This document shows positions 50,801-64,000 of a stretch of 64,000 nucleotides of DNA, in pieces. The notes below the pieces were generated by a model. The model saw only the letters and a list, made by a program, of their open reading frames with translations, had not been told where the DNA came from and made no database searches. The number at the start of each line of letters is the position of its first letter. Position 1 is the first letter of the stretch. A program made the position numbers and the translations under genes. Location: the NCBI RefSeq assembly GCF_002113885.1, contig NW_018479974.1, forward strand, positions 1 through 64,000, in the 5' to 3' direction. The DNA is from Mizuhopecten yessoensis (Eukaryota).

Positions 50801-52285
50801 CTGAAACACGTGACTTATAGACACTACAGTTTATCTGATAACACGTGAGTTATAGACACTACAGTATCTCTGATAACACGTGACTTATAAACACTACAGT
50901 ATATCTGATAACACGTGACTTATAGACATTATATTATTTCTGATAACACGTGACTTATAGACACTACAGTATCTCTGATAACACTTGACTCATAGACATT
51001 ATATTATCTCTGACAACACGTGACTTATTGACACTACAGTATCTCTGATAACACGTGACTTATTGACACTACAGTATCTCTGATAACACGTGACTCATAG
51101 ACATTACAGTATATCTGATAACACGTGACTTATATACATTATATTATATCTGATAACACGTGACTTATAGACACTACAGTATCTCTGATAACACTTGACT
51201 CATAGACATTATATTATCTCTGATAACACGTGACTTATAGACACTACAGTATCTGATAACACGTGACTTATAGACACTAAGGTATCTCTGATAACACGTG
51301 ACTCATAGACATTACAGTATATCTGATAACACGTGACTTATATACATTATATTATATCTGATAACACGTGACTTATAGACACTACAGTATCTCTGATAAC
51401 ACGTGACTTATAGACACTACGGTATCTCTGATAACATGTGACTTATAGACATTACATTATCTCTGATAACACGTGACTTATTGACACTACAGTATCTCTG
51501 ATATCACGTGACTTATAAACACTACAGTATTTCGGATAACCCGTGACTTATAGACATTACGGTATGTCTGATAACACGTGAGTTATAGACACTACGGTAT
51601 ATCTGATCACATGTGACTTATAGACTCTACAGTATATCTGAAACACGTTACTTATAGACACTAAGGTATCTCTGATAACATGTGACCTGACAACACGTGA
51701 CTTATATACATTATATTATATCTGATAACACTTGACTCATAGACATTACAGGATATCTGATAACACGTGTCTTATAGACACTACTTATATACACTACAGT
51801 ACCTCTGATAACATGTGACATATAGACACTACAGTACCTCTGATAACACGTGACTGATAGACACTACAGTATCTGATAACACGTGACTGATGGACACTAT
51901 AGTATATCTGATAACACGTGACTTATAGACACTACAGTATCTCTGATAACACTTGACTCATAGACATTATATTATCTCTGATAACACGTGACTCATAGAC
52001 ATTACAGTATATCTGATAACACGTGACTTATGGACATTACATTATCTCTGATAACACGTGACTTATAGACACTACAGAATATCTGATAACACGTGACTTA
52101 TAGACATTATATTATATCTGATAACACGTGACTTATAGACATTACGGTATGTCTGATAACACGTGACTTATAGACATTATATTATATCTGATAACACGTG
52201 ACTTATAGACACTACAGTATCTGATAACACGTGACTTATAGACACTACGGTATCTTTGATAACACGTGACTTATAGACACTGCTG
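44815..52285. repeat. 30/32-bp satellite (GATAACACGTGACTTATAGACACTACAGTATCT[CT]), about 200 units, interrupted by a transposon
   Basis: Direct periodicity. Most units carry CACGTG. Higher-order blocks recur near 44815, 46325, 50000 and 50730. Confidence 0.97.
45015..46001. mobile_element. Non-autonomous TA-target DNA transposon inserted into the satellite
   Basis: TIRs CAGTTGTGGGATCGC / GCGGTCACACAACTG. TA at 45013-45014 and 46002-46003. Removing it restores a satellite unit. Confidence 0.8.
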
Positions 52286-55200
52286 TATCTCTTTTTTCTT
52301 ATGAAAATAGAATTTCTTTTTATTGTTGGTCACGTTCATGTCGAAACAGGGTCAAGTTCGCTATACTTTCTGAGTAACAGACACGTGCGTTGCATGTTCA
52401 TATGTGTGCAGAAGCTCGAACCGATGTATCTATGGAATGCTTACACATCTGAAGACGCCCACCTTAGGAATTCTTAAAAATTCAAAGGAGTGAGTGAGTT
52501 GACTCGGTATGTATTGCAGTTATTTACGTGAAACATATTACCGGGATAACAGGGGATGGGGTTATGTGATAAACTTATATTAATCTATATCCCCAATTAT
52601 GTAATAGAAATGATACTAGACAAAATATAGCGATGTGCATACATATAGTCCGCAGTGTCACTTGATATTTACTACAGTATACCAGGAGAGGTTTCTGAAT
52701 GCACACTGTAAGTTCTCTGTTTTCTATAGAATGTTAGTCCAGTATCAGGATACGAGAGCACATGGTACACATGTCTGTTGGTGTGTGATGGTGTGCACGA
52801 TCTGGCACCGTTTTCCAATGTACCGAGTGACGCATACTAGTAATGTTGTTTGTAAACATTGACACGTGGACCCGTTAGGTATCGGGGACGTCCCAATATA
52901 TATGAATACGCGTCATAGACCACGCGATATATATTTAATTAATGGATATGAAGTTTAAGTGAACACAACTATTTTATGCGGTGTCTAATAACCTAGTTTT
53001 TAGCGGGGCGTTAATCTATTGGTATTCCGCTAAAAGATTATGATCTTAAATTCCTAGAGATGAGCTAGTCTTTTTCGAAGTATACTAAGACATTGTCAAT
53101 TTTAATCCACTCGCGAAGATTTATAGCATTTTTTTCCCACTTGTGTAAAGGTGGCATGAACAAAGAAAGCTGCCGATATCGTAGTCTGAAAGTTTGTTCA
53201 TTTTTTTTTTTTATCTTATTTAGTTATATATTTATTCTTTATCCTATGAAATCAGATATGTCGGAGCTACGGCACATGTATATACAATTACGTATGGTCT
53301 GATATATAAATTAAAATCACTGTTGGAATTACAGGTTAAATTTTATATAACAGAAATAATATTTGAAATAACATTATGACAGTACGTACTAACTAAGTGC
53401 AGGCCGTCATCAGTCTCATAGACTTCATAGAATAGGAGAGACTGTTATAAACAAAGGATCGGCAAAGGACAAATTTACATGTAGCTGTTATTTTTTTTAT
53501 AAATCTAGTCTAGCATACTCTTCGACAAAATGTCAAGGAACTTCCTGATTTGTGTAAATTTCAATTATGAACGCCTGATTCCACTGGAAGTATTTCTCAC
53601 CTTTTGAAGTAATGCGTAACGTTCGCTGACCAATGCCAAGTGTATACGTTTGCAAAAATTGTATTGGACCTGTCCAAATCTACCCACAAAAGACTCTCGA
53701 AAGGTCTCCTATTTCCATGTGTATTTTGGCGAAAGTATTGTTGGATACTCATATTCAGGGAGCCCAGCGATTGCAGTTTTTGGGAATGTTTTCGATTTTA
53801 AGTGATTATTTATTGATAGTGAGCAATGCCTACAGACAGATCCTTAACCTAGGGTCTATTTACTACAGCATTGTTAACATGTTACCAATGTAACAGACCG
53901 CTCTTACGGCTGTTTCGACTTAACCGTGAACAGGTCACAGTTACTACAGCATACAAAAACACGGTCGAATTGCCAACAAAATGGAAACATTTATACTTAA
54001 ACGGACAGAGTAGCTATTCAATGAAGACGCTCATTTCCTGCATGTTATCTTAGGGTCATTAGACGACTATAATTGTCATACATAATGGCCCAGTTGCTTA
54101 AATCTCAGCAAATCGAAAGACAAAAACCGTAATAAATAAAACACGAATAGAAATGAAAGTTTACCAGCTTCAAAATCCTTTGGCTTTATGAGTCTGTATA
54201 GAGCCCCTTATCAAACAATGACTTTAATGTGTTCAAAGTCCGGAGTGTTGCTTCACTAACTATTGTTGCATTCAGAAATCCCCATATAAATACATAATAG
54301 TACATCAGAAGGCTCGTTACATATGTATAGGAGAATTTCCCTCGGGTGTACAGCAGAAGCCCGATACTTACTATACTCGGGTTTTAAATCGACTCGGCCA
54401 ATTTTATATTAAATCGATGTTGCATAAGCTATCTGGGCACTTTGCGGAGTGTCTAAAGGGCAATGAATTAAATACGGTATGCTATATAGGACGGTACTTG
54501 AGTAGTAGATGACAGGTGGCCTACAGCTTATACATCAATTAAATAGATCGGTCATCGATATTCTGATACAATCAGAAGGTAAATGAAAACATTAAACAGG
54601 CGGATAGGTGGGAATTTCTGATTTCATTACATGTAAGTAAGAACCCTACCAAGCTGGCGATGTAAAGACGTTTTCCATAGATTGTTGGAAAAAAACTACG
54701 CACGCACAATTTCCGAAATCTAACCTCATCCCATATAACGGTCACGCCGCTTTTAATGGTAGCGAAATTATATTCCATAACATTTTTGACGTGATCGAGT
54801 AGATATGATTATAAAGTGTTACTCCTGTCCTAGATCTACGACCTTCGTCTCTTGTTAGATTGTCATGGATGTTCACAAACATCATTTCATGAACAACTTA
54901 ATGCTTTAATCGTCTGGGTCAAAAACAAATGGAAATATTCTCGCCATCATCGCTCTGCACATTCATAGTTTAATCTATTGCCATAAATCGTATATTCATA
55001 TATGGATGTTGACGTATATGACCTCTTGCATGAGTTTGTGGTTTTGACCGTCAGGTGTCAAAAACAAGTCATCATCATTACAAATCAAATTTTGCTGTCA
55101 TCTTTACAGACTTCACTTCGTACCGATGGTCATGAATCTTAATAAAATCAAGTGTTTTTAACATATCTTTAATTTGGCGTATTGACGTTTCGATATTTCT

Positions 55201-55914
55201 GAGATCATTGTTGCTACACAAGAATAAATAACATCACGGACCATAAGTTGCTCTACACTTAGTACTCTGATCACTTCGACTCGCGAGGGTATTGGTGTTG
55301 TGTGCGAAGCTTTGATACTTTTTTCCTACTTTTTTCCTAAGTTATTCATGTATATATTCCGCCATAATACATGGCATTACAAGTATGTTCCCTTTTGTTT
55401 TTTGGTAGGTCATTACTTTTCTGCAAAATTACTGGGGAAAATATCATGTTTTTGCCAATCTACTAGATAGCCATATGCAACCTGCGACTGTCTTTGTACA
55501 TGTACTACGAATATTGAGAAAGGTATTGGGATAACGACTAAAATATTCCATGAAATTGAACTTTATTTTGTGATACACTGCCACGTTATCAGACAACACA
55601 TTTACAGATCAGTCGTATCCTTGGTTAAGTAATTTAGAATGTTGTGCTACGACTGGAACCAGACTAAGGGTGTCAATCCCTACGTCATCACAGACAGCGC
55701 GGGTCACGTGCAGCTCGAGACGTGTGGGATGTGGACTGCTGACGTAGTCTCTCCGTGGATTCCTCCCGTCCAGCTGTCTGCATATATGTAGCCGCGAAGG
55801 CGTATGAGAAAATAAGAAATGTAATAATGAAGACTGCGTCGGTTAACGATGCATGAATTTTCATTTTAACAAAGGGTAACCGATTGCTACTATACATGTT
55901 ATGATCGAGCAGTG

Positions 55915-56582
55915 GATTGATCGTAATAGATGTCCTTCGTAAGTTGTTGGTTGATCCTAACGACTGTCCTTTGTGAGTGGTTGGTTGATCGTAACGACTG
56001 TCCTTTGTGAGTGGTTGGTTGACCGTAATAGATGTCCTTTGTGAGTGGTTGGTTGATCGTAATGACTGTCCTTTGTGAGTGGTTGGTTGATCGTTATGAC
56101 TGTCCTTTGTGAGCGGTTGGTTGGTTGTATCGACAGTCTTTTGTGAGTGGTTGGTTGGTCGTAATGGCTGCCCTTTGTGAGTGGTTGGTTTGTCGTAATG
56201 GCTGTCCTTTGTGAGTGGTTGGTTGGTCGTAATGGCTGTCCTTTGTGAATGGTTGATTGATCGTAATGGATGTCATTTGTGAGTGGTTGGTTGTCGTAAT
56301 GGCTGTCCTTTGTGAATGGTTGGTTGATCGTAATGGCTGTCCTTTGTGAGCGGTTGGTTGATCGTAACGATCGTAATAGATGTCCTTCGTGAGTTGTCGG
56401 TTGATCGTAATAGATGTCCTTCGTGAGTTGTTGGTTGATCGTAATGGCTGTCCTTTGTGAGTGGTTGGTTGGTCGTAATGACAGTCCTTTGTGAATGGTT
56501 GGTTGGTCGTAATGGCTGTCCTTTGTGAGTGGTTGGTTGGTCGTAATGCCAATAATTTTTGAGGGGTTGGTTGACCGTAATG
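55915..56582. repeat. 34-bp minisatellite (GTGAGTGGTTGGTTGATCGTAATGGCTGTCCTTT), about 19 units
   Basis: Direct periodicity. Confidence 0.94.
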
Positions 56583-57264
56583 TTGTTGCTTCCTCTCCTT
56601 CCCACCCATAGACGCTAGACCAAGGAATCGAATTTAGCTCTGTGCGTGGATGGATAAACAAAACCAAGTAATATTTGCTACATATGATTTTACAATTTAT
56701 GCAATAAATATAGTATATTTATACACACACATTATACATATATGTTAATGCGAGTTCAATTATTGTGTTTTTAACGGTCAAAATGAATATATATTGTTAC
56801 GTGTATGTGTGTTGTCCGTAATTCAATTCAACACCCGCAATGCCATATATACAATATTGTATATTGGTTTGTAATATAAATGTGAATACCTACAAGCTAG
56901 AAACACGACGTTGTTGTGAAAAAAATGTATTGCAATTACATGCCACAATTTAGCCGTCCTGCTGTTAGGTTACACATTAATTTAAACTCTGAACTTCGGA
57001 CTGATGGGCCGTGAAACGTGAATTGCATTGTAATGAAATCATTAATAGGATTTCACACTTATTTTAATGAAGCTGTGCTGTGTTTAACATCATAAACATC
57101 GGAAATGTGTACACTGTTGCTATGGGGAATCCAGTCGACAGCACTAACGGGTCAACAATAGAATTGGTACTCAAAAGCCAATAAATTGATCGGCGTTCAC
57201 TATACTACACCACTTGGACAAGAAATCGATCTGCTGATCCTAAAGGAGCTCCGAGAATCATCAC

Positions 57265-58745
57265 AACCACAGAGTCAAACCATCAATGATGTCGATAGCA
57301 TCATTATGACGACAAACCACCAGTGATGTAACTGACATCACAACAGCGACAAACCACCAGTCATAGCTGGCATCGTCAGGGCGACAAACCACCAGTAATG
57401 TAGCAGGCATCGCTACGGCGACAAACCAACAGTGACATAGCTGGCATCACCACGGCGACAAACCATCAGTGTTGTAGCTGGCATCACCACGGCAACAAAC
57501 CCCACCAGTGATTTAACTGGCATCACCACGGCGACATACCAACAGTGATGTAGCTGGCATCGCCACGGCGACAAACCATCAGTGATGTATCTGGCATCAC
57601 CACGGCGACAAACAAACAGTGATGTAACTGGCATCACCATGGCGACAAACCAACAGTGATGTAGCTGCCATCACCACGGCGACAAACCACCAGTGATGGA
57701 ACTGGCATCACCACGGCGACAAACCAACAGTGATGTAGCTGGCATCACCACGGCGACAAACCAACAGTGACATAGCTGGCATCACCACGGCGACAAACCA
57801 TCAGTGATGTAGCTGGCATCACCACGGCAACAAACCCCACCAGTGATTTAACTGGGATCACCACGGTGACAAACCATCAGTAATATAGCTGGCATCACTA
57901 CGGTGACAAACAACCCGTGATGTAGCCGGCATCCCCACGGCGACAACCCAACAGTGATGTAGCTGCCATCACCACGGCGACAAAACATCAGTGATGTAGC
58001 TGGCATAACCACGGCGACAAACAAACAGAGATGTAGCTGGCATCACCACCGCGACAAACCAACAGTGATGTATCTGGCATCACCACGGCAACAAACCAAC
58101 AGTGATGAAGCTGGCATCACCACGGAGACAAACCATCAGTAATATAGCTGGCATCACTACGGTGACAAACAACCCGTGATGTAACTGGCATCACGACGGC
58201 GACAAACCACCAGCGATGTAACTGGCTTCACCACGGTGACAAACCACCAGTAATGTAGCTGGCATAACTACGGCGACAAACCACCAGTGCTGTAACTGGC
58301 ATCACCACGGCGACAAACCATCAGTAATGTAGCTGGCATCACTACGGCGACAAACCACCAGTGATGTAACTGGCATCACCACGGTGACAAACCATCAGTA
58401 ATGTAGCTGGCATCACTACGGCGAAAAACCACCAGTGATGTAGCTGGCATCACCACGGCGACAAACAACCAGTGATGTAGCTTGCATCACCAAGGCGACA
58501 AACAACCAGTGATGTAGCTGGCATCACCACGGCGACATATCACCAGTTGTGTAGCTGGCATCACCACGGCGACAAATCACCAGTTATGTAGTTGGCATCA
58601 CCACGGCGACAAACCATCAGTAATGTAGCTGGCATCATCACGGCGACAAATCACCAGTGATGCAGTTGGCATCGCCACGGCGACAAACCATCAGTAATGT
58701 AGCTGGCATCACTACGGCGACAAACCACCAGTGCTGTAGCTGATA
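57265..58745. repeat. 37-bp minisatellite (GCATCACCACGGCGACAAACCACCAGTGATGTAGCTG), about 39 units
   Basis: Direct periodicity with degenerate edges. Confidence 0.95.
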
Positions 58746-58832
58746 TCAATGCCAAACTTGCAATGTAACTGAGAACATAAATGTATAGCAATGTTAAAAC
58801 CAGTCATGTCACTAGCATCTTTATGTTGTTAA

Positions 58833-60496
58833 AACCGTGATGTAGGCTAGCTGGTGATCTTAATTTCTATATAGTGGCTCCAAACTGTGATGTAGGCTAG
58901 CAGGTGATCTTAATTTCTATATACATTGTAGTGGCACCAACCGGGATGTAGGCTAGCTGGTGATCTTAATTTCTATACAGTGGCACCTAACTGTGATGTA
59001 GGCTAGCTGGTGATCTTAAATTCTATATAGTGGCACAAAACTGTAATGTAGGCTAGCTGGGGATCTTAATTTCTATATAGTGGCACCAACCGTGATGTAG
59101 GCTAGCTGGTGATCCTAATTTCTATATAGTGGCACCAACCGTGACGTAGGCTAGCTGGTGATCTTAATTTCTATGTAGTTGCATGAAACTGAGATGTAGG
59201 CTAGCTGGTGATCTTAATTTCTATGTAGTTGCATGAAACTGAGATGTAGGCTAGCTGGTGATCTTAATTTCTATGTAGTTGCATGAAACTGAGATGTAGG
59301 CTAGCTGGTGATCTTAATTTCTATAAAGTGGCACCAACCGTGATGTAGGCTAGCTGGGGATCTTAATTTCTATATAGTGGCACCAAACTGTGTTGTAGGC
59401 TAGCTGGTGATCTTAATTTCTATAAAGTGGCACCAACCGTGATGTAGGCTAGCTGGGGATCTTAATTTCTATATAGTGGCACCAACCGGGATGTAGGCTA
59501 GCTGGTGATCTTAATTTCTATAAAGTGGCACCAACCGTGATGTAGGCTAGCTGGGGATCTTAATTTCTATATAGTGGCACCAAACTTTGATGTCGGCTAG
59601 CTGGTGATCTTAATTTCTATACAGTGGCACCTAACTGTGATGTAGGCTAGCTGGTGATCTTAATGTCTATATACATGTAGTGGCACCAACCGTGATGTAG
59701 GCTAGCTGGTGATCCTAATTTCTATATAGTGGCACCAACCGTGATGTAGGCTAGCTGGTGATCTTAAATTCTATATAGTGGCACAAAACTGTAATGTAGG
59801 CTAGCTGGGGATCTTAATTTCTATATAGTGGCACCAACCGGGATGTAGGCTAGCTGGTGATCTTAATTTCTATAAAGTGGCACCAACCGTGATGTAGGCT
59901 AGCTGGGGATCTTAATTTCTATATAGTGGCACCAAACTTTGATGTCGGCTAGCTGGTGATCTTAATTTCTATACAGTGGCACCTAACTGTGATGTAGGCT
60001 AGCTGGTGATCTTAATTTCTATATAATGGCACCAAACTGTGATGTAGGCTAGCAGGTGATCTTAATTTCTATATACATTGTAGTGGCACCAACCGTGATG
60101 TAGGCTAGCTGGTGATCTTAATTTCTATATACTGGCACCAAACTGTGATGTAGGCTAGCTGGCGATCTTAATTTCTATATAGTGGCACCAACCGTGATGT
60201 AGGCTAGCTGGGGATCTTAATTTCTATATAGTGGCACCAACCGTGATGTAGGCTAGCTGGGGATCTTAATTTCTATATAGTGGCAGAAAACTGTGATGTA
60301 GGCTAGCTGGTGATCTTAATTCCTATATAGTGGCACCAACCGTGATGTAGGCTAGCTGGTGATCTTAATTCCTATATAGTGGCACCAACCGTGATGTAGG
60401 CTAGCTGGGGATCTTAATTTCTATATAGTGGCACAAAAACTGTGATGTAGGCTAGCTGGTGATCTTAATTTCTATATAGTGGCACCAACCGTGATG
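58833..60496. repeat. 49/50-bp minisatellite (GTGATGTAGGCTAGCTGGTGATCTTAATTTCTATATAGTGGCACCAACC), about 33 units
   Basis: Direct periodicity. Confidence 0.96.
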
Positions 60497-61097
60497 GAAC
60501 CAAAAAAATACAGAAACCATGGACTGCTTCCCAATTTTAACGAATAAATAGTCGGTTTCACCTATTACCAGTAACAAACTGACTTGAAGACAGATGATCA
60601 GAGTGGAAAAGTGCCTAATTGCATTTCAGATTCTCTGATGTAAGACGCATACATAGACATTAATCATTCTACGCCTCAGCTAGGTCGTTTTGTGAGGCGT
60701 ATTTTTAGATTAAGCTATTTTGGTAACACGTTAGGCTATAAATAGTTACTACCTGATCTACTGCCAGATGATTAGCATAGAGAGGCATGATCGGCCACGC
60801 TATTTTTAGATGCAAATCCGGTAGCCGCTAGATATAGCGGTATACGTAGGTAATGGAGGTATTTACACAGCTTTTTGTTTTACTGACGTTTACCGAGAAA
60901 TGTATTGACCTACCAAGCATATGTCACTCCACTGATATTTTTTAAGGTTCCTGGTAAAACCCAACACGAAAGTTTATACTACCTCTCTGCAATATCTTTA
61001 TTACACTATAAACATTGTTCATACAGCCCATGTCCAGTCTACATACTTTCATTGCTTGACTTTTTTTTCTATAAGACGAGAATAAACACAAAGTATT

Positions 61098-61300
61098 GCG
61101 GGACCTCTTCCTGGTTGTGAACAGATTTCCAACACATACGACCGGGTTCGATTCCAGATATATTATCGGCGCGTGGTATTCAGAGGTGCCTCTTCCTCGA
61201 ACAGGGCCCGTGCAATCATGTGATTTTAGAAATTAACGAGTAGGTTATGCCTGTTTCAAGAGACGCATTCTAAGTGGCTATAAAAAACTTGACTAAAGGT
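61098..61300 (+). mobile_element. Possible tRNA-derived SINE remnant
   Basis: Pol III B-box GGTTCGATTCC at 61145-61155. No cloverleaf. Boundaries approximate. Confidence 0.3.
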
Positions 61301-61796
61301 ACCAAAAGCAAAGTGATTTACATGACTGAACTTGAGCATAAATATAAGCATGAGCATAATCAAGGATCTCGTAACTTGGCAACCCACATTGACTCATCTA
61401 CTTCCTCAATTTATTTCAGTATATTCTAAAAATAGCCCTATGATACGTACACACTGCATACCGACGCGATACACTGCACGTGTGTCGATGGTAGCTGATA
61501 CAGGTGCAGCCTGGGCGTAGAGCGCGAGTAAATAACTTTGTTCCCATGGTTTCTAAATATAGGTAGGCCTACTGACGCCCCAGGTGGTCTACAAAGGTAA
61601 ACTTCGATCGGTTGAATGGGAACGAATTATTCAAAAATTATAAAGAATCGCCAAAAATAATGCGTTACAAAAAAAAGTGTCATCGTTCCTCATTAATGCC
61701 ATCCTCGCTACTGCAGTTACGCTCACTTACTTACAGAGAGTGTAATTAAGTGGTGTATTAATGCTTTCGGTGTTCAAATATATATATATGGTCAAT

Positions 61797-62620
61797 TGTT
61801 ACAGCAAAAAGTGTGAACTTGCATATTAATACAGCAGATTGTGTTATTGAATTGGTTACAGCAGTTTACTGGTATTTACATTTGATTACATCGGAGACGT
61901 GGTATTATAAACGTTTACAAAAAATTAAATGTGCTTACAGCAGAAACATGAAGTTTCATAAAATTACAGCAGATATGTCGAATTGTGAATACTTAAAGCA
62001 GAGATGTACAATTACACACATTTACAGCAGAGACGTTTAATTACATATGTTTACAGCAGAGACCTGTTATCACTTATATGTAATTGCAGTAGATATGTCG
62101 AATTACGCATGTTCATAGCAGAGATGTACAAATTCACACGAGTATAATAGTGGTTTATGTACACATAGTTACAGCAGAGACGTGGTATTAACATATTAAA
62201 AGGAAAAACGTGTAAATTACATAAGATTACAGCAGATTTGTCGAATTACGCATGCTCACAGCAGAGATGTACAATTACACACGGTAACAGCAGAGACGTG
62301 TAATTGTATATAATTATAGCAGATATGTCGAATTACGCATGAATTTAGCAGCAATGTACAAATACACACAGTTACAGCAGACACATATTATTACACGCGT
62401 TTAATTACAGCAGATATGTCGAATAACGCCATAGCGTTTTTAAAAACAGGATGGGTCATTTTCCAACATTATGGGTCAAACCACGGAATCTAAGTCCGTG
62501 GTCAAACATTTAAAAACAACATATTCAAAAATTTAACGCCGCAAACAAAACTCAATAGCAGAGATATACAAATAATGACACGTGTTGCAGCAGAGACGTT
62601 TAATATTGTTACAGCAGAAA
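61797..62620. repeat. Old degenerate tandem repeat (about 32 bp) with core TTACAGCAGAGA
   Basis: TTACAGCAGA recurs at about 30-35 bp spacing with diverged linkers. Confidence 0.75.
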
Positions 62621-62863
62621 GATGGGAATTTCGGTCGGATGAAGGTTTTTAAATCCGAGTAACCATGTCCAAATTTCGAGTCAATAACACAAGAAATAAA
62701 CAAGTAACTACACCTGGTCCCGATATATCTGGTAAATATTTAGTTGAGACACGGAGGTAGATACATGTAAGAGGCACTGCTATATCAGTCCTTTGTTGAA
62801 ACCCTGTATGTCCTCCTAAATACATAAATGTGTAATAAACACGTGCAATGGTGTACTGATGGT

Positions 62864-63554
62864 GGCATATTTCTGCCATCCACTTGCGACTTACGAGTTA
62901 CGTATGTCGACATAATTGTTGAAAGATGTCGACATAATCTGAGAATATGTCGACATAATCTGAGAATATGTCGACATAATCTGCGAAGATGTCGACATAT
63001 TATCACATTTGCCGAGATAATTTTGCCGAGATAATTATCTCGTAAGTGGGTAACTCGGCTTTTTATCGTGTTAATGCTCGGGTGTGACATCGACTTACGA
63101 CTTGCCACTTACGACTTAATGATGTAAAATCCCTCTTTGATTGATAAACTCTGTACATCATAGTAACCTACTGTAATATCCATATCTTTGATTTCCAATA
63201 TTTACATTGATTTTACCAAGTTACTCACCAGTATAGTCACCACTGTTCAGTCCCCATCAGCCCACCTTCGCGGTCCTCGTGCACAAGCCTCGTTTTGGTA
63301 AGTCGGCAATAATCTACTAGGATGTCGACATAGATAAGTCGTAAGTGGCAAGTCGTAAGTGGCAAGTCGATGTCACACCCGAGCATGAACACGATAAAAA
63401 GCCGAGTTACCCACTTACGAGATAATTATCTCGGCAAAATTATCTCGGCAAATGTGATAATATGTCGACATCTTCTCAGATTATGTCGACATCTTTCAAT
63501 AATTATGTCGACATACGTAACTCGTAAGTCGCAAGTGGATGGCAGAAATATGCC
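62864..63554. mobile_element. Foldback element/MITE with long modular inverted repeats
   Basis: Arms 62864-63118 and 63335-63554 are near-perfect reverse complements, with internal ATGTCGACAT modules and a spacer of about 216 bp. No clear TSD. Confidence 0.82.
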
Positions 63555-64000
63555 TAGTACTGTACTAGTGTGTCACAATGTATTCCTATGTAGATTCCCC
63601 GAATCTGTGTATCATTATCATATGCATCAATATGCAACCACTTTCGCCCTGCCACCCTCCCCTCACCCAAAACCTTGCTTCTTTTCATCCATTATCAACC
63701 CATCCCAGGGAAAATATCTACTGTGTTTCCATTCATAAAATCTTATATCACGATTTTTTGCATGATAAAGAATGTACCAATGTCCATTCATGTAATCAAT
63801 TAGTTTATTGCAACTATGATTAATGAGTGTTTCTTTTATTGTAAACGGCATGGACAAAGCAATGCATTCTGATTTGTTTAAAAATGTATAGAAAATTTGT
63901 CAATGTGTTTATCGCTTCATTTTCCTTTGCCTGTACAATGTGTGTCAATTATGAAGGTTTGAATGTCATATTCTTGACCTAGATAGATTAATCAGTAGGG

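Noticed and set aside
55957-56667. 236-aa and 171-aa repeat ORFs
   Set aside because: 34-bp minisatellite with frame-cycling translation.
16906-60496. CRISPR-like appearance of the 37-55-bp arrays
   Set aside because: Units are head-to-tail with no unique spacers, there are no cas genes, and the DNA is eukaryotic.
61098-61200. Possible tRNA gene
   Set aside because: Only a B-box is present, with no acceptor, D or anticodon stems.

Overview
This is animal genomic DNA, not prokaryotic: AT-rich, with GT-AG introns and assembly Ns. The repeat types suggest a mollusc, probably a bivalve (inference). Two protein-coding genes are supported, both on the minus strand. (1) A two-exon Mab-21/cGAS-like receptor (cGLR) nucleotidyltransferase, join(10946..10936, 7347..6051), about 435 aa. 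It has an intact E/D/D catalytic triad and no cGAS zinc ribbon. Its proximal promoter holds an overlapping GAS+ISRE element, further IRF-like sites, AP-1 and two CRE sites, and intron 1 has an NF-kB site. (2) A von Hippel-Lindau (VHL) orthologue with two coding exons, join(22381..22039, 20216..20029), 176 aa. About 40% of the window is made of roughly 15 different tandem-repeat arrays (units of 24-91 bp), which explain nearly all the other long ORFs in the track. The rest is non-autonomous DNA transposons (pogo-like, P-like, MITEs, Helentron-associated elements) and SINE/LINE remnants. The best candidate for an interesting system is the cGLR with what looks like an interferon-stimulated-gene-type promoter in an invertebrate.
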